DNA from: an uncultured Spirochaetota bacterium
GTDB taxonomy: Bacteria; Spirochaetota; Spirochaetia; SZUA-6; Fen-1364
Direction: 5' to 3'
Assembly: GCA_963820525.1 (NCBI GenBank)
Contig: CAWGAA010000002.1
Span: 288,001 to 352,000, forward strand
DNA length: 64,000 nt
The translations under genes and the position numbers were made by a program. Below, one piece after another: positions 9,004 through 19,637 of this stretch (position 1 is the first letter of the stretch; the number at the start of each line of letters is the position of its first letter). The notes beneath the pieces are model-generated. The model was given only the letters and a program-made list of their open reading frames with translations. It was not told the DNA's origin and did not search any database.

Positions 9004-9567
9004 CTAGTTTTCCTTCCCGTTTTCCGCGATGTCCATCCCTCGCTGCTTGTGGGGGAATATCTTCGAGAGGGCGATGCTGTTCCTCTTCTTGTTGAACACG
9101 ACCCCGCCGTCCCAGTATTCGACGGCGGCGAAGAGCGCGTTTCCCCCGTCGTGGTCGTCGCTCTTGATGGTGCGGAAAGAGATGTACTTCTCCATCTTCT
9201 CGAAATCCTGCTCCAGGAAGCAGCGGGTCCTCATTTTGTGGAACTCGTTCCACTTCTCAAGGTCCTTGAAGCCCTCCCCCTCGTCCTTCGCGATGAGGTG
9301 GGCGCTGGCGGCGTCGAAGAAGAACCAGACCCTCACCTTCTTGTTCATGTCGCATTTGTTGCCGTGCTTGATGGCGTTCTTGAGGATCTCGCTCACCTGC
9401 TGCTCCAGGAGGTTTATCTCACGGATCTCCGGCGGCGCTTTCTGGACAATGAGCAGGGTGAAGTAGCGGATCTGGCGGAAGTCGCTGGGGAACTCCTTGT
9501 AGAACATCCCCTTCGTGTTGAACAGGGGGCTCGATTCGTCGATCCGGATCTCTCTGATCTCTTCCAT
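9004..9567 (-). CDS. RsbW/SpoIIAB-like anti-sigma factor Ser kinase (HATPase_c)
   Basis: EILKNAIKHGN (N box), DEGEGF (G1), GGNAL (G2-like). Start taken at MEEIRE (ATG 9567). Confidence 0.82.
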   Translation of the reverse strand: MEEIREIRIDESSPLFNTKGMFYKEFPSDFRQIRYFTLLIVQKAPPEIREINLLEQQVSEILKNAIKHGNKCDMNKKVRVWFFFDAASAHLIAKDEGEGFKDLEKWNEFHKMRTRCFLEQDFEKMEKYISFRTIKSDDHDGGNALFAAVEYWDGGVVFNKKRNSIALSKIFPHKQRGMDIAENGKEN

Positions 9568-9581
9568 GTGCAGATTCCCTT

Positions 9582-9926
9582 TCACTTGCGCGCGCCGATC
9601 AGGTTGAGCGCTTCTTGCTGGTTTTCCACGATGGGGAGAAAGCCGATGAGCTTCGTGAGCTCGATAACGCGGCGCACCGAGCCGTGGACGTCGGTGAGGA
9701 AGAAAGCGATCTTGTTGTTCTTGCACAGGGCGTAGCTGTAGATGATGGAGCCGATCCCGCTTGAGTCGATGTACTTGGTCTCCGCCAGGTTGATGATGAT
9801 GCCCCGCACAACCCTGCTCACGAGCTTCATCGTGAGCTCCTTCAACTTGAAGGCATTGTAGAGGTCGAGCTCCCCTTCGACCGCGATGATCGAACAGCCG
9901 TTTTCTTCCGTTATCTTGAGTTCCAT
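9582..9926 (-). CDS. STAS-domain anti-sigma factor antagonist (RsbV/SpoIIAA-like)
   Basis: 114 aa; GELDLYN and YIDSSGIG (phospho-Ser motif); GAGGGGAG SD. Confidence 0.92.
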   Translation of the reverse strand: MELKITEENGCSIIAVEGELDLYNAFKLKELTMKLVSRVVRGIIINLAETKYIDSSGIGSIIYSYALCKNNKIAFFLTDVHGSVRRVIELTKLIGFLPIVENQQEALNLIGARK

Positions 9927-9938
9927 CTCAACTCCCCT

Positions 9939-11852
9939 CTAGCTGGCTTTCAAGATGACGAGCGTCTGATCGTCATGCTGTTTCGCCGCGCCGGTGAATT
10001 CGTCAAGGTCCTTCTGAATCTCTTTTTTCAGCTCTTCGGCCTTCTTTGCGCTGTTGGAGCTCAAGACCGCCGAGAGACGTTCCAGGGTATACTGCTCGCC
10101 GTCCTTGTTCATCGCCTCCGTGATGCCGTCGGTGTAGAGGACCGCGATGTCACCCGGGCCGAGGGCGAGGCTCTTCATTTTGTATGCCGATGACCTGTCG
10201 ATGCCGATGGGCAGCCCTTCCGTGTCCACCTGCTCGATGGTCTTCGCGCCGGCGCGATAGACGAGCAGAGGGTGGTGCGCCGCGTTGGAGTACTGGATGC
10301 AGCGGGTCGCCTCGTCGTAGCAGAGGATGCTCAGGGTTGCATAGCGGTCGATGTCGACCTGGCCGATGAGGCCCCGGTTGATCCAGGTCAGCGTCGTGGC
10401 GATGTCCCTCTTGGGAGAGGCGATGAGATGGAAGATCGAGTGGATCATCACCATAACCAGGGCGGCGGGAATCCCCTTGCCGGCCACATCTCCGACGAGC
10501 ACGATCAGCTTCGAGGTGTCCAGGCGGAACACGTCGAAGTAGTCCCCGCTCACTCCGCGGGCGGGGAGGCTGTACACGGCAAGCTCGGTCTTCGAGAGCT
10601 GCGGGAGCTTGCGGGGCACGAGCTTCTTCTGGATCTCCGCCGCGATGCCCAGCTCGCGCTCGATCTGCTTCTTCTCCAGCACCTCGAGGTAGGTGAGGTG
10701 CATGTCGATGGAAAGCGAGGCGTAGTCCGCGAACGCCTTGAGGTGCTCGAAGTCTTCCTTCGAGAAGAACTGCCCCCACGCCTGCTTGGATACCGTGATG
10801 ACCCCCAGGATCCTCTTGGACACGAGGAGCGGAACGACGATCAACGAGCTCAGCGCCGTCTGCCCCTCCTTCTGTCTCGCCGAGAGACGCTCGTCCCTCT
10901 GGGTGTTCTGGATGTAGACGGCCTCGGCGTGCTGGAAGCTCTCCCCCAGGAGCGTCTGGCCGATCTCGATGTTCAGCGAGTAGAGGTACTCCTCGATGCG
11001 CTCCGCCTTGATCTTGACGATATCGGGCATTTCGAAGGGGGGGGCATAGGTGCCCACGATCGCCCGGTACTTGAGGGCTTTCTGGAACTCGTCGAGCATC
11101 AGGATGGCGCCGCCGTCCGCCCCCGTGTTCTTGATGGCGGAGCTCACCACGATGGACAGGATCTTGTCGATCTCGATCTTCTCGCTCACCGCGGCGGAGA
11201 GCTTCTGCATGAAGTCGAACACGTTCTCGCGGCTGGTCATCAGGGAGGCGATCGATACGTCCTTCCTCCCGATCTCGGCGAGCGTGAGCCTGTAGACGAT
11301 CGCCGCGTGGGCGATATACATCAGGGGGTAGACGAACAGCTGCGTGGTCCAGAACCCGTATCCGAGGAACAGGATGGGGAGGTTGCTCAACACGAACAGG
11401 TAGGTGATCGCTCTCCTGTTTTGAATGACGTCAACGGGGTTGGACGTGTTGAACTGCGTCACCTGGAACATCTGGACGGCCAGGTAGATGACGAGGGGGA
11501 AGATCCAGACGCTTCTGTAGAAGATGAATACGGGAAGGGAGCCGAAGAGGTACTGTTCGAGGGACCCGAGAATGGCGACGGCGGCGAACGCGAGGGCGAA
11601 CCAATCCGACTTTTTCTCTCCCCGTATCCTGCGCAGCCAGTAGAGGTAGCACAGGATCGCGCCGACATCGGCTGCCAGCGAGATGAAGTTCTCGGGGAAG
11701 ATCGCGAAGAGTATGTCCCGGACGAGGTATATGGCAAAGAGGAGGAAGAACGGCCTGAAGGAGACGGTGACGCGGCGAGAAAAAGAGAGCAGGAATGAGA
11801 ATGAGGTCAGCAGCACAAAGAACTTTGGCAAATTCAAAGCCCAATCGTTCAT
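9939..11852 (-). CDS. Membrane-bound GAF + SpoIIE/PP2C phosphatase (RsbU-like)
   Basis: N-terminal TM helices, GAF region, then VSGDYFD, GDVAGKG, YTDGITEA and DDQT PP2C motifs. Confidence 0.92.
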   Translation of the reverse strand: MNDWALNLPKFFVLLTSFSFLLSFSRRVTVSFRPFFLLFAIYLVRDILFAIFPENFISLAADVGAILCYLYWLRRIRGEKKSDWFALAFAAVAILGSLEQYLFGSLPVFIFYRSVWIFPLVIYLAVQMFQVTQFNTSNPVDVIQNRRAITYLFVLSNLPILFLGYGFWTTQLFVYPLMYIAHAAIVYRLTLAEIGRKDVSIASLMTSRENVFDFMQKLSAAVSEKIEIDKILSIVVSSAIKNTGADGGAILMLDEFQKALKYRAIVGTYAPPFEMPDIVKIKAERIEEYLYSLNIEIGQTLLGESFQHAEAVYIQNTQRDERLSARQKEGQTALSSLIVVPLLVSKRILGVITVSKQAWGQFFSKEDFEHLKAFADYASLSIDMHLTYLEVLEKKQIERELGIAAEIQKKLVPRKLPQLSKTELAVYSLPARGVSGDYFDVFRLDTSKLIVLVGDVAGKGIPAALVMVMIHSIFHLIASPKRDIATTLTWINRGLIGQVDIDRYATLSILCYDEATRCIQYSNAAHHPLLVYRAGAKTIEQVDTEGLPIGIDRSSAYKMKSLALGPGDIAVLYTDGITEAMNKDGEQYTLERLSAVLSSNSAKKAEELKKEIQKDLDEFTGAAKQHDDQTLVILKAS

Positions 11853-11954
11853 GCAACTCCTCTAATGCCCGTGTGCACTTTGCAGTATGATTTTTGCTTT
11901 CATAGCATGGTGGATTGGTGCTCGTATGTGCACGATTTCGAGTATCTATCAATG

Positions 11955-11983
11955 GTTATAGGAGAATGGCCTTTATTTGTCAA
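11955..11983 (-). promoter_or_regulatory. Near-consensus sigma70 promoter for the partner-switching operon
   Basis: Minus strand TTGACA-N17-TATAAC, followed by an AT-rich leader of about 95 nt and a GAGGAG SD. Confidence 0.75.
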
Positions 11984-12073
11984 GGGTCGGGAGGTTCCCG
12001 AGCCTTCCTGCGCGACACGCGGAGTGACGCGAAGGCTTGTTTTTCCTCCCGCCGCCGCCTTACAATCGCAGTC

Positions 12074-13150
12074 ATGCTCGTTAATGGCACTTACTACCGG
12101 ACGGTCTGGATGGAGGGCGGCACGGTGCGGCTGATAGATCAGCTCGCCCTTCCGTTCCGGTTCACGATATTCGATTGTCCCGATCATGCAAGCACGGCGC
12201 GAGCCATCACCGAGATGGTGGTGCGCGGCGCAGGCGCTATAGGCGCCGCGGCGGCTTACGGGATGGCTCAGGCGGCGCTGGAGGCGCCCGCGGGAGGCTT
12301 CACGGAGTTCGTGACGGCGGCGGCGGCCTTGCTCCGGTCCACCCGGCCCACGGCGAGGAATCTCTTCTATGCGGTGGACCGGGTGCTGGCAAAAGCGGGG
12401 GAAATGCTCGGCAATGGCGGTGCAGGGGCCGAGGAGTCCGCCCGCCGGGCCGCCTGCCGTGAGGCGGAGGCCGTGGCGGATGAGGACATCAAGGCCTGCA
12501 AGGCCATCGCCCGGGCGGGGGCGGCGCTGCTTCGGGACGGCTGCCGAGTTCTTACCCACTGCAACGCCGGCTGGCTGGGCTTTGCGGATTGGGGAACAGC
12601 GCTTTCTCCCCTGTACTGGGCCCGAAGGGAAGGGAAGCGGCTCTTCGCGTGGGTGGACGAGACGCGGCCGCGCCTGCAGGGCGCCCGTCTCACGGCCTGG
12701 GAGCTTGCCCAGGAAGGGATCGACTTCCGTCTCATCGCCGACAATGCCGCGGGATTCTTCATGCGCCGGGGCGAGGTGGACATGGCGATCGTGGGGGCGG
12801 ACCGCATCGCGGCCAATGGAGACGTGGCAAACAAGATCGGCACCTATGAGAAGGCGCTTCTCGCCCGCGAACACCACGTTCCTTTCTACGTTGCCGCGCC
12901 GACCTCCACGATCGACTTCGCCTGCCCCGACGGGGAGGCGATTCCTATCGAGGAGCGCGCGGAGGATGAGCTTCTCACGGCGAACGGGATCGACGAGGAA
13001 GGGCGCGTGCGCACCGTAAGGATTACGATCCCCCAGGCGGCGGCGCGAAATCCCGCCTTCGATGTGACTCCGAGCGGGCTTGTCACCGGCATCATCACGG
13101 AGATGGGGATAGTCGAGCCGCGTCGCCTGGGCGAGCTTGAGCCGGGATAG
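12074..13150 (+). CDS. mtnA: S-methyl-5-thioribose-1-phosphate isomerase
   Basis: MVVRGAGAIG, RPTARNL, LTHCNAG, DETRPRLQGARLT, GDVANKIGT and NPAFDVTP. Start at ATG 12074, 7 nt after TACAAT. Confidence 0.93.
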   Translation: MLVNGTYYRTVWMEGGTVRLIDQLALPFRFTIFDCPDHASTARAITEMVVRGAGAIGAAAAYGMAQAALEAPAGGFTEFVTAAAALLRSTRPTARNLFYAVDRVLAKAGEMLGNGGAGAEESARRAACREAEAVADEDIKACKAIARAGAALLRDGCRVLTHCNAGWLGFADWGTALSPLYWARREGKRLFAWVDETRPRLQGARLTAWELAQEGIDFRLIADNAAGFFMRRGEVDMAIVGADRIAANGDVANKIGTYEKALLAREHHVPFYVAAPTSTIDFACPDGEAIPIEERAEDELLTANGIDEEGRVRTVRITIPQAAARNPAFDVTPSGLVTGIITEMGIVEPRRLGELEPG

Positions 13151-13205
13151 GCCGCCGGGCGCTTCGCCGCCGGGCACCGTGCCGCCGGCCAGCCGGCGGC
13201 GTCTC

Positions 13206-15122
13206 TCATTTCGCGAAAAGCTCCTCGATATCTTTTTGATGTCTCTGGTTGATCACATCCCGCTTCATCTTCAGCGATGCGGTGAGCTCCACGCCCTCCT
13301 CGAAGTGCTTGAGCAGGATCTTGAAGCGGAACACCCTCTCGAATCCACGGAACCCCCGCTTTGCACAGACGCGGGAGTTGATCTCGTCGGAGATGAGCTC
13401 GTAGATCAGGGCGTTTTCAAGCAGGTCCTCACTGGTCACGGAGGAGATCTGTTTCTCCTCGGCGAATTTTTCTACGGCCTCCCCGTTGACGACAACCAGG
13501 GCGGCCAGGAATTTCTTGTCCTGGCCGAGCACCATCACCTGGTCGATGAACTCGCTCTCCAGGATCGTGTCCTCGATCGGAACCGGCTCCACGTTCTCGC
13601 CGCCCAGGAGTACGATCGTTTCCTTGACCCTGCCGATGATCCTGATCTCGCCCTTGTGGGTCATGATCCCAAGATCCCCCGTGTTGAGCCAGCCGTCGGG
13701 CGAGAGGACTTCTGCGGTCTTGTCCGGCCGCTTGTAGTAGCCCTTCATGATGTTGGGCCCCTTCAGGTAGATGACCCCCTTGCGGCCGGGAGGCACGGGC
13801 ATGCCGGATTCGGGGTCCAGGAGCCGGATCTCCATCTCCCGAAGCACGGGGCCTATGGTCCCGATCACGGGCCGTTTCTCCAGCCGGACCGAAGCCACCG
13901 GCGCCGTCTCGGTGAGGCCGTAGCCTTCCAGGAGCAGGATGCCGACGGCCTGGAAGAACCTGTCCACGTGCGGGGGAAGCGCGCCGCCTCCCGAGACGGT
14001 GAAGCGGAACTTGCCTCCCAGCCGCGCCCTGACCTTGGAGAACACGAGGAGGCTTCCCAGCGCGCGAAACGGCGCAAGCAGGAGGAAGGGCAGGATGCCG
14101 AGCAGGAAATCCAGCACGCGGAAGCGGCGCACGTATTGAGGGTAGAGCCCCTTGACCAGTGCCGTTGCCGTCGTGTGCGCCTCTCCTACCCAGACGAAGA
14201 AGTGGAAGAGGGCCCTCTTGATGCCGCCCTCCTCGTTCGCGTTGCGGTAGACGGCCGTCCGCACGAGCTCCCAGAGCCGCGGGATCGATGCCATGACGGT
14301 GGGCTTCACCGCGGCCATGTCGGCGAGCATGATCTTTCCCACGCGCTTGGAGTATGCCATCCCGCAGCCGTTTCGAAGCACGATGTATTCGACGGTTCGC
14401 TCGAAGGAGTGCCAGACCGGAAGCACGGAGAGGAAGAGGTCTCGGTTGTCGATGTAGATACAGTAGGGAACCGTTGTGCGCAGGTTGTGAAGGAAGTTGC
14501 CATGGGTCAGCATCACTCCCTTCGGCTCTCCCGTCGTGCCGGAGGTGTAGATAAGAGTTGCGAGGTCATCCGCCTTGCCCATCTCCACCTCGCGCTGATA
14601 CGCATGGGGGTCTTTGGCAAGCCGGGAAGCGCCCATTTCCATGATCTGGCTATAGGTGAGAAATCGAAGGCCTGCGGCCGAAGCGGAGATCCCTTCGGGC
14701 TTGAAATCCTCATCCATCACGATGATCGAGGAGAGCGCCGGCAGCTCGCTCTTTCGCGAGAGGATCTTCTTCACCTGCTCTTCGTTTTCGGCGAGCGTGA
14801 CGGTGCAGTCGGCGTGGTTGAGGATATAGCGCATCTCGTCGGGCATCGTGTCCGAACCCCGGGGGACGTCGGCCGCTCCGATTCCGAGGATGCCGAGATC
14901 AGCGATGATCCATTCCTTCTGGTTGTCCGAGATGATGCCGACGTGGTCTCCCCGCTTCACCCCGAACTCCAGGAGCCCCGCGCCGAAGCGTTCGAAGAGC
15001 GATGCAAGCTCGCTGTACGAGATGGACTGCCAGTCGCCGGCCTTGTCCTTGTACATCAATGCGACGCTCGCCGGCTGTCTTTGCGCGACAGACTGGACGA
15101 CCTTTACCACGGTGTTGTCCAT
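13206..15122 (-). CDS. Long-chain fatty acid-CoA ligase (AMP-binding)
   Basis: YTSGTTGEPKG, EGYGLTET, GWLNTGDLG; GGAGGAG SD before ATG 15122. Confidence 0.92.
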   Translation of the reverse strand: MDNTVVKVVQSVAQRQPASVALMYKDKAGDWQSISYSELASLFERFGAGLLEFGVKRGDHVGIISDNQKEWIIADLGILGIGAADVPRGSDTMPDEMRYILNHADCTVTLAENEEQVKKILSRKSELPALSSIIVMDEDFKPEGISASAAGLRFLTYSQIMEMGASRLAKDPHAYQREVEMGKADDLATLIYTSGTTGEPKGVMLTHGNFLHNLRTTVPYCIYIDNRDLFLSVLPVWHSFERTVEYIVLRNGCGMAYSKRVGKIMLADMAAVKPTVMASIPRLWELVRTAVYRNANEEGGIKRALFHFFVWVGEAHTTATALVKGLYPQYVRRFRVLDFLLGILPFLLLAPFRALGSLLVFSKVRARLGGKFRFTVSGGGALPPHVDRFFQAVGILLLEGYGLTETAPVASVRLEKRPVIGTIGPVLREMEIRLLDPESGMPVPPGRKGVIYLKGPNIMKGYYKRPDKTAEVLSPDGWLNTGDLGIMTHKGEIRIIGRVKETIVLLGGENVEPVPIEDTILESEFIDQVMVLGQDKKFLAALVVVNGEAVEKFAEEKQISSVTSEDLLENALIYELISDEINSRVCAKRGFRGFERVFRFKILLKHFEEGVELTASLKMKRDVINQRHQKDIEELFAK

Positions 15123-15314
15123 GGCTCCTCCCTTATCCGCGCGCAATCCAGCGCGGAATTTCGCTTCGGGCCGATTAGCGAAAAAGCGAACTCTCGGAAT
15201 GAGGTCGAATCATGGCAAGAGTACCATGGCAGGAGTGTGCGGTCAAGAAAATCCGGGTGAGCGGTGATTGCCCCGCCGAGGATTCCGCGCGCGCTTCCAG
15301 GCCCCGCGGGGGCG

Positions 15315-16502
15315 TCACGAGATGACGCCGAGCTCCTTTCCCACCTTCGCGAAGGCCCGCACGGCGCGCTCGAGGTCCTGCTGCTGGTGGAGGGCGGAGA
15401 TCTGCACGCGGATCCGCGCCTGGCCCTTCGGCACCACAGGGTAGCTGAACCCCACGACGAAGATCCCCTCGGCAAGGAGGCGGCTCGCCATCTCGGCGGC
15501 AAGCTTCTCGTCGGAGAGCATGATCGCAGCGATCGGATGGCTGCCCGGCTTGAGGGTGAAGCCCGCTTCGGCAATGGCCTTTCTGAAGAAGCGGGCGTTG
15601 CGTTCCAGCCTATCCCGCAGCGTCGTGCTCGCGATGAGGATGTCGAGCACTGCGATGGTGGTGGCGGCCACCACCGGGGCGAGGGTATTGGAAAAAAGGT
15701 ACGGCCTCGACTTCTGGCGGAGGAGCTCGACGATCTGCCGGCGTCCTGAAAGGCAGCCGCCCGTGGCCCCGCCAAGGGCCTTGCCGAAGGTCGTGCTGAT
15801 CGCATCCACCCGATCCATGACGCCGTGGTATTCCGCGGTCCCCCTTCCCGTTTTCCCGATGAATCCCGTCGCGTGGCTGTCGTCAACCATCACCAGGGCC
15901 CCGTGCCGCTCGGCAAGGTCGCAGATCTCGGGAAGCTTCGCCATGTCGCCGTCCATGGAGAACACGCCGTCGGTCGCGATCATGCGGATGCGGGCCGCCT
16001 CTGATTCCTTCAACCTCTGCTCCAGGGCCCCCATATCAGAGTGCTCGTAGATGAGCCTTTGGGCCTTCGCCAGCCGGGCGCCGTCTATGATGGAAGCATG
16101 GTTGAGCTGATCCGTGATCAGGGCGCAGTCCTTGTCCAGGAGGGGCTCGAAGACACCTGCGTTGGCGTCGAAGCAGGAGGAGAAGATGATCGTGTCCTCG
16201 GTGCCGAGGAAGGCCGACAGCCTCCGCTCCAGCGCCTTGTGCACCTCCTGGGTTCCGGCGATGAACCTCACCGAGGCCATTCCGTAGCCCCACCGCTCCA
16301 GGGCGCGCTTGGCGGCCTTCACGACGCGGGGATCCGAGGCGAGGCCGAGGTAGTTGTTCGCGCAGAAGTTGAGGGCTTCGCGTCCCCCCACGCGGATGTT
16401 CACGCCCTGAGGGGTCTCGATGACCCTCTCCTCCTTGAAGAGCCCGGCCGCATGGATCTCCTCCAGCCGTGCCTCCAGCTCCTTCTTCAGTCCCTCATTC
16501 AT
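15315..16502 (-). CDS. kbl: Glycine C-acetyltransferase (2-amino-3-ketobutyrate CoA ligase)
   Basis: [34 protein letters not shown]; adjacent to tdh. Confidence 0.95.
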   Translation of the reverse strand: MNEGLKKELEARLEEIHAAGLFKEERVIETPQGVNIRVGGREALNFCANNYLGLASDPRVVKAAKRALERWGYGMASVRFIAGTQEVHKALERRLSAFLGTEDTIIFSSCFDANAGVFEPLLDKDCALITDQLNHASIIDGARLAKAQRLIYEHSDMGALEQRLKESEAARIRMIATDGVFSMDGDMAKLPEICDLAERHGALVMVDDSHATGFIGKTGRGTAEYHGVMDRVDAISTTFGKALGGATGGCLSGRRQIVELLRQKSRPYLFSNTLAPVVAATTIAVLDILIASTTLRDRLERNARFFRKAIAEAGFTLKPGSHPIAAIMLSDEKLAAEMASRLLAEGIFVVGFSYPVVPKGQARIRVQISALHQQQDLERAVRAFAKVGKELGVIS

Positions 16503-17532
16503 CGTCATCCTCCGCGATCTCGAGGATCACCTTGCCGCAGTTTCCGGACAGCATCGTATCGAAGCCCTTCTGGAACTCGTCGAAGGGGAAGCTGTGGGTC
16601 AGCACCGGCCGCACATCGAGGCCGCTCTGGAGCATTGTCTGCATCTTGTACCAGGTCTCGAAGATCTCCCGTCCGTAGATCCCCTTGATCGTCAAGCCCT
16701 TGAAGATCACCTGGTCCCACCGGATCCCCGTCTCGTTGGCCAGGATGCCCAAAAGCGCGATCCGCCCGCCATGGTACATGCTCTCCAGCATCGTCTCGAA
16801 GGCGCCGCCGTTGCCCGACATCTCCAGTCCCACGTCGAATCCGATGATTCCCAGCCCCTTCATCGCCTCGGCGATGGAGCTCTTCGATACGTTCACCGCC
16901 AGGGTGGCCCCCATCTTTCGGGCAAGCTCCAGGCGATAGTCGTTCACGTCGGTCACCACGATGCGCTGCGCGCCGCAGTGGCGCGAGATGGCGCACGCCA
17001 TGACCCCGATGGGTCCCGCCCCCGTGATGAGAACGTCTTCCCCCACGAGGTCGAAGGAGAGGGCCGAGTGGGTGGCATTGCCCAGAGGATCGAGGAAGCA
17101 GGCGATCCGCGAGGGGATGGCCGGATGGACATGCCAGGCGTTGCCCGCCGGCAGGGAGAGGTACTCGGCAAAGCAGCCGTCCCTCTGCACCCCGATTCCC
17201 TTGGAGTTTGTGCAGAGGTGGCGGCGGCCGGCGCGGCAGCTCCTGCATACCCCGCAGACGATGTGCCCTTCCCCCGAGACCCTGTCCCCGATCTTGTACC
17301 CGCTGACGTTGGCGCCCATGTCCACGACCCTGCCGACGAACTCGTGTCCGACGATGAGGGGGGGATGAATGGTCAGCTTCGACCATTCGTCCCACGAGTA
17401 TATATGAAGGTCAGTTCCGCATATGGCGGCCTTGGTCACCTTGATCAGAAGATCGTTTCCGCCGATCTCGGGAACCGGCGCTTCCTCCATCCAGATCCCG
17501 CGTTCAGGCCGCTTCTTCATCAAAGCCTTCAT
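16495..17532 (-). CDS. tdh: L-threonine 3-dehydrogenase
   Basis: [18 protein letters not shown], CxxCxxC Zn site, [14 protein letters not shown]. Start at MKALMKK. Confidence 0.95.
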   Translation of the reverse strand: MKALMKKRPERGIWMEEAPVPEIGGNDLLIKVTKAAICGTDLHIYSWDEWSKLTIHPPLIVGHEFVGRVVDMGANVSGYKIGDRVSGEGHIVCGVCRSCRAGRRHLCTNSKGIGVQRDGCFAEYLSLPAGNAWHVHPAIPSRIACFLDPLGNATHSALSFDLVGEDVLITGAGPIGVMACAISRHCGAQRIVVTDVNDYRLELARKMGATLAVNVSKSSIAEAMKGLGIIGFDVGLEMSGNGGAFETMLESMYHGGRIALLGILANETGIRWDQVIFKGLTIKGIYGREIFETWYKMQTMLQSGLDVRPVLTHSFPFDEFQKGFDTMLSGNCGKVILEIAEDDDE

Positions 17533-17633
17533 GGGCCCATTATAAACCGCCTTCAGGCGGCGGCAAGGGAAGGCCAGGCGGTTGCCCAAAGTGCGCTTTC
17601 CTGATACCAGTACATCTTTGCGGAGGTAGCGCA

Positions 17634-18731
17634 GTGGCGACTGAGATTCTTTTTGCCGATTACAGGCCCGTGAACCTCGAGCCGAAGAATACGATCGGAG
17701 CCAAATGGGAACGGCTCCTCGACAGGCTGGACATCGCGAGCGCCGTCAAGGACAAACGGACGGCCATCAAGGCACACCTCGGCGGCGGCTTCGGTTTCAC
17801 CTCCATTCATCCCTATTTCCTCAGAAAGCTGGTGGAGAGGGTGAAGGCGGCGGGCGCCAAGGAGGTCTTCGTCACCGACGTGAACTGGTCCGTCAAGACG
17901 GCGGCCGAGCGCGGCTACACGGCGGAGGTCCTCGGGTGCCAGCTCCTCCCCATAGCGGGCTCCGACGACCGCTACGTGTACGCGCGGCCCGTGAGCCCGC
18001 CGTTTCGAAGCCTCACGGAGCTCAATCTCTGCGGGGAGATCGTGAACGCCGAGGCGCTCGTCAACCTCGCGCACGTGAAGGGGCACGGCGCCTGCGGGTT
18101 CGGAGGCCTCACCAAGAACCTCTCCATGGGATGCGTGGACAGCAAGACGAAGGCCGCCCTGCACTCCCTCGAGGGGGGCCTGGAATGGGACGGGGAGAAG
18201 TGCACCCTGTGCAAGAGCTGCCAGGAGAACTGCCCCAACTCCGCCATCTCCTTCGATGGGGAGGACAGGTTCACCGTCTTCTACCACGCCTGCAAGTTCT
18301 GCCGGCACTGCGTGCTGATCTGCCCCGAAAAGGCCATCACCATGGCGGGCGGGGCGTTCAAGGACTTCCAGAAGGGTTTGGCGATCTCCGCCTCCCACGT
18401 CCTCTCAACCTTCCCCCGGGAGAACACCCTGTGCATCAGCATGCTCATGGACATAACGGTCTTCTGCGACTGCTGGGGCATGACCACCCCGGCCCTGGTT
18501 CCCGACATCGGCATCCTGGCGGGCAGGGACCTGGTGGCGATGGAACAGGCCTCTCTCGATCTTATCAGGACGGAGAACCTCATCCCCGGAAGCCTCCCCA
18601 AGGGATGGGAGCTGGGCTCGGGCAATCACCTCTTCGAGAAAGTGCACGGCAAGGACCCCTCCGTGGTGGTTGAATATATGGAGGAGATGGGCTGGGGGAA
18701 CAGGGGGTACAGCCTCACCGAGGTGGTGTAG
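17634..18731 (+). CDS. DUF362-family iron-sulfur protein with 2x[4Fe-4S] domain
   Basis: [56 protein letters not shown] before GTG. Confidence 0.85.
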   Translation: MATEILFADYRPVNLEPKNTIGAKWERLLDRLDIASAVKDKRTAIKAHLGGGFGFTSIHPYFLRKLVERVKAAGAKEVFVTDVNWSVKTAAERGYTAEVLGCQLLPIAGSDDRYVYARPVSPPFRSLTELNLCGEIVNAEALVNLAHVKGHGACGFGGLTKNLSMGCVDSKTKAALHSLEGGLEWDGEKCTLCKSCQENCPNSAISFDGEDRFTVFYHACKFCRHCVLICPEKAITMAGGAFKDFQKGLAISASHVLSTFPRENTLCISMLMDITVFCDCWGMTTPALVPDIGILAGRDLVAMEQASLDLIRTENLIPGSLPKGWELGSGNHLFEKVHGKDPSVVVEYMEEMGWGNRGYSLTEVV

Positions 18732-18808
18732 CGGCCGGACCGGGAAACATCGCGGGCCGGTTGGGGCGGCCGCACACCCGCGGGCGCGGCCCCCGGGAGG
18801 GATCGCGC

Positions 18809-19624
18809 TTATGCCTTTTCGTCGAACATCTGGTTGACGATGGAATCCACGATGCCCTGCGGGAGGTGCCGTATGAGAAACGCGTTCAGCTCGGCCCCCT
18901 TGCCGACGGGGTAGAAGAACCGGGGCTTCACGCTTTCGAGCACTTGAAGGACCTTGCCCGCCACGACACGCGGGCTCGGGGCCGCCTCCATCTGCCTGTC
19001 GCGCGAATCCTTGACCCTCCGCACCCTCTCGCTGTAAGGGGATTTGTCGAGGTATTGCCTGAGCTGGGGGATGGTCGTTCTGATGTGGAACGGCGCCACC
19101 ACCGTGACGTTGATCCCGAACTCCTTCACCTCCTGGCGGAGGGTTCGCGCCACGGCTCGGAGCGCCGCTTTGGAGGCCGCGTACATCGAGGAGAACAGGA
19201 CGGCCGTCTCTCCGGCCATGGAGCCGATGAAGATGACGGCGCCTTTCCTTCTCTCCCGCATCGGCCCCAGAAAGCCCTGCGTGAGGGCGAGCTGTCCGAA
19301 GAGGTTGAGCTGGAAAAGCTCCCGGGCCGCCTCCATCTTGATCTCCTCCACGGGGCCGATCATGCTGGTGCCCGCATTGTTCACCAGAAGATCCACCTGC
19401 TTGACCCGTCGCACCAGGGCATCGATGCTCTTGGGGCTGGTGAGATCCAGGGGGAGGTAGCTCACGCCTTCCGCAATGTCGTCCTTTTTCAGCTTGCGCG
19501 GATCCCGGCAGGTGCCCACCACCTCGTAGCCCCTGCGGACGAGAGCCTCCGAGATGGCCTTGCCTATCCCGCGTGAAGCCCCCGTGACCAGCGCCCTGCC
19601 CCTGGATTTTGCCTTGATTTTCAT
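18809..19624 (-). CDS. Short-chain dehydrogenase/reductase
   Basis: TGASRGIG, NNAG, YAASK. Confidence 0.92.
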   Translation of the reverse strand: MKIKAKSRGRALVTGASRGIGKAISEALVRRGYEVVGTCRDPRKLKKDDIAEGVSYLPLDLTSPKSIDALVRRVKQVDLLVNNAGTSMIGPVEEIKMEAARELFQLNLFGQLALTQGFLGPMRERRKGAVIFIGSMAGETAVLFSSMYAASKAALRAVARTLRQEVKEFGINVTVVAPFHIRTTIPQLRQYLDKSPYSERVRRVKDSRDRQMEAAPSPRVVAGKVLQVLESVKPRFFYPVGKGAELNAFLIRHLPQGIVDSIVNQMFDEKA

Positions 19625-19637
19625 TTCCTTCCCCTTG

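Noticed and set aside
11990..12073. SAM riboswitch upstream of mtnA
   Set aside because: No SAM-I/II consensus blocks, and the -10 box lies 7 nt from ATG, leaving no leader.
13151..13205. GCCGCCGG repeated three times plus an inverted copy between mtnA and fadD
   Set aside because: Too short and GC-rich to be significant, with no regular spacers; not a CRISPR array and probably just a terminator-region hairpin.
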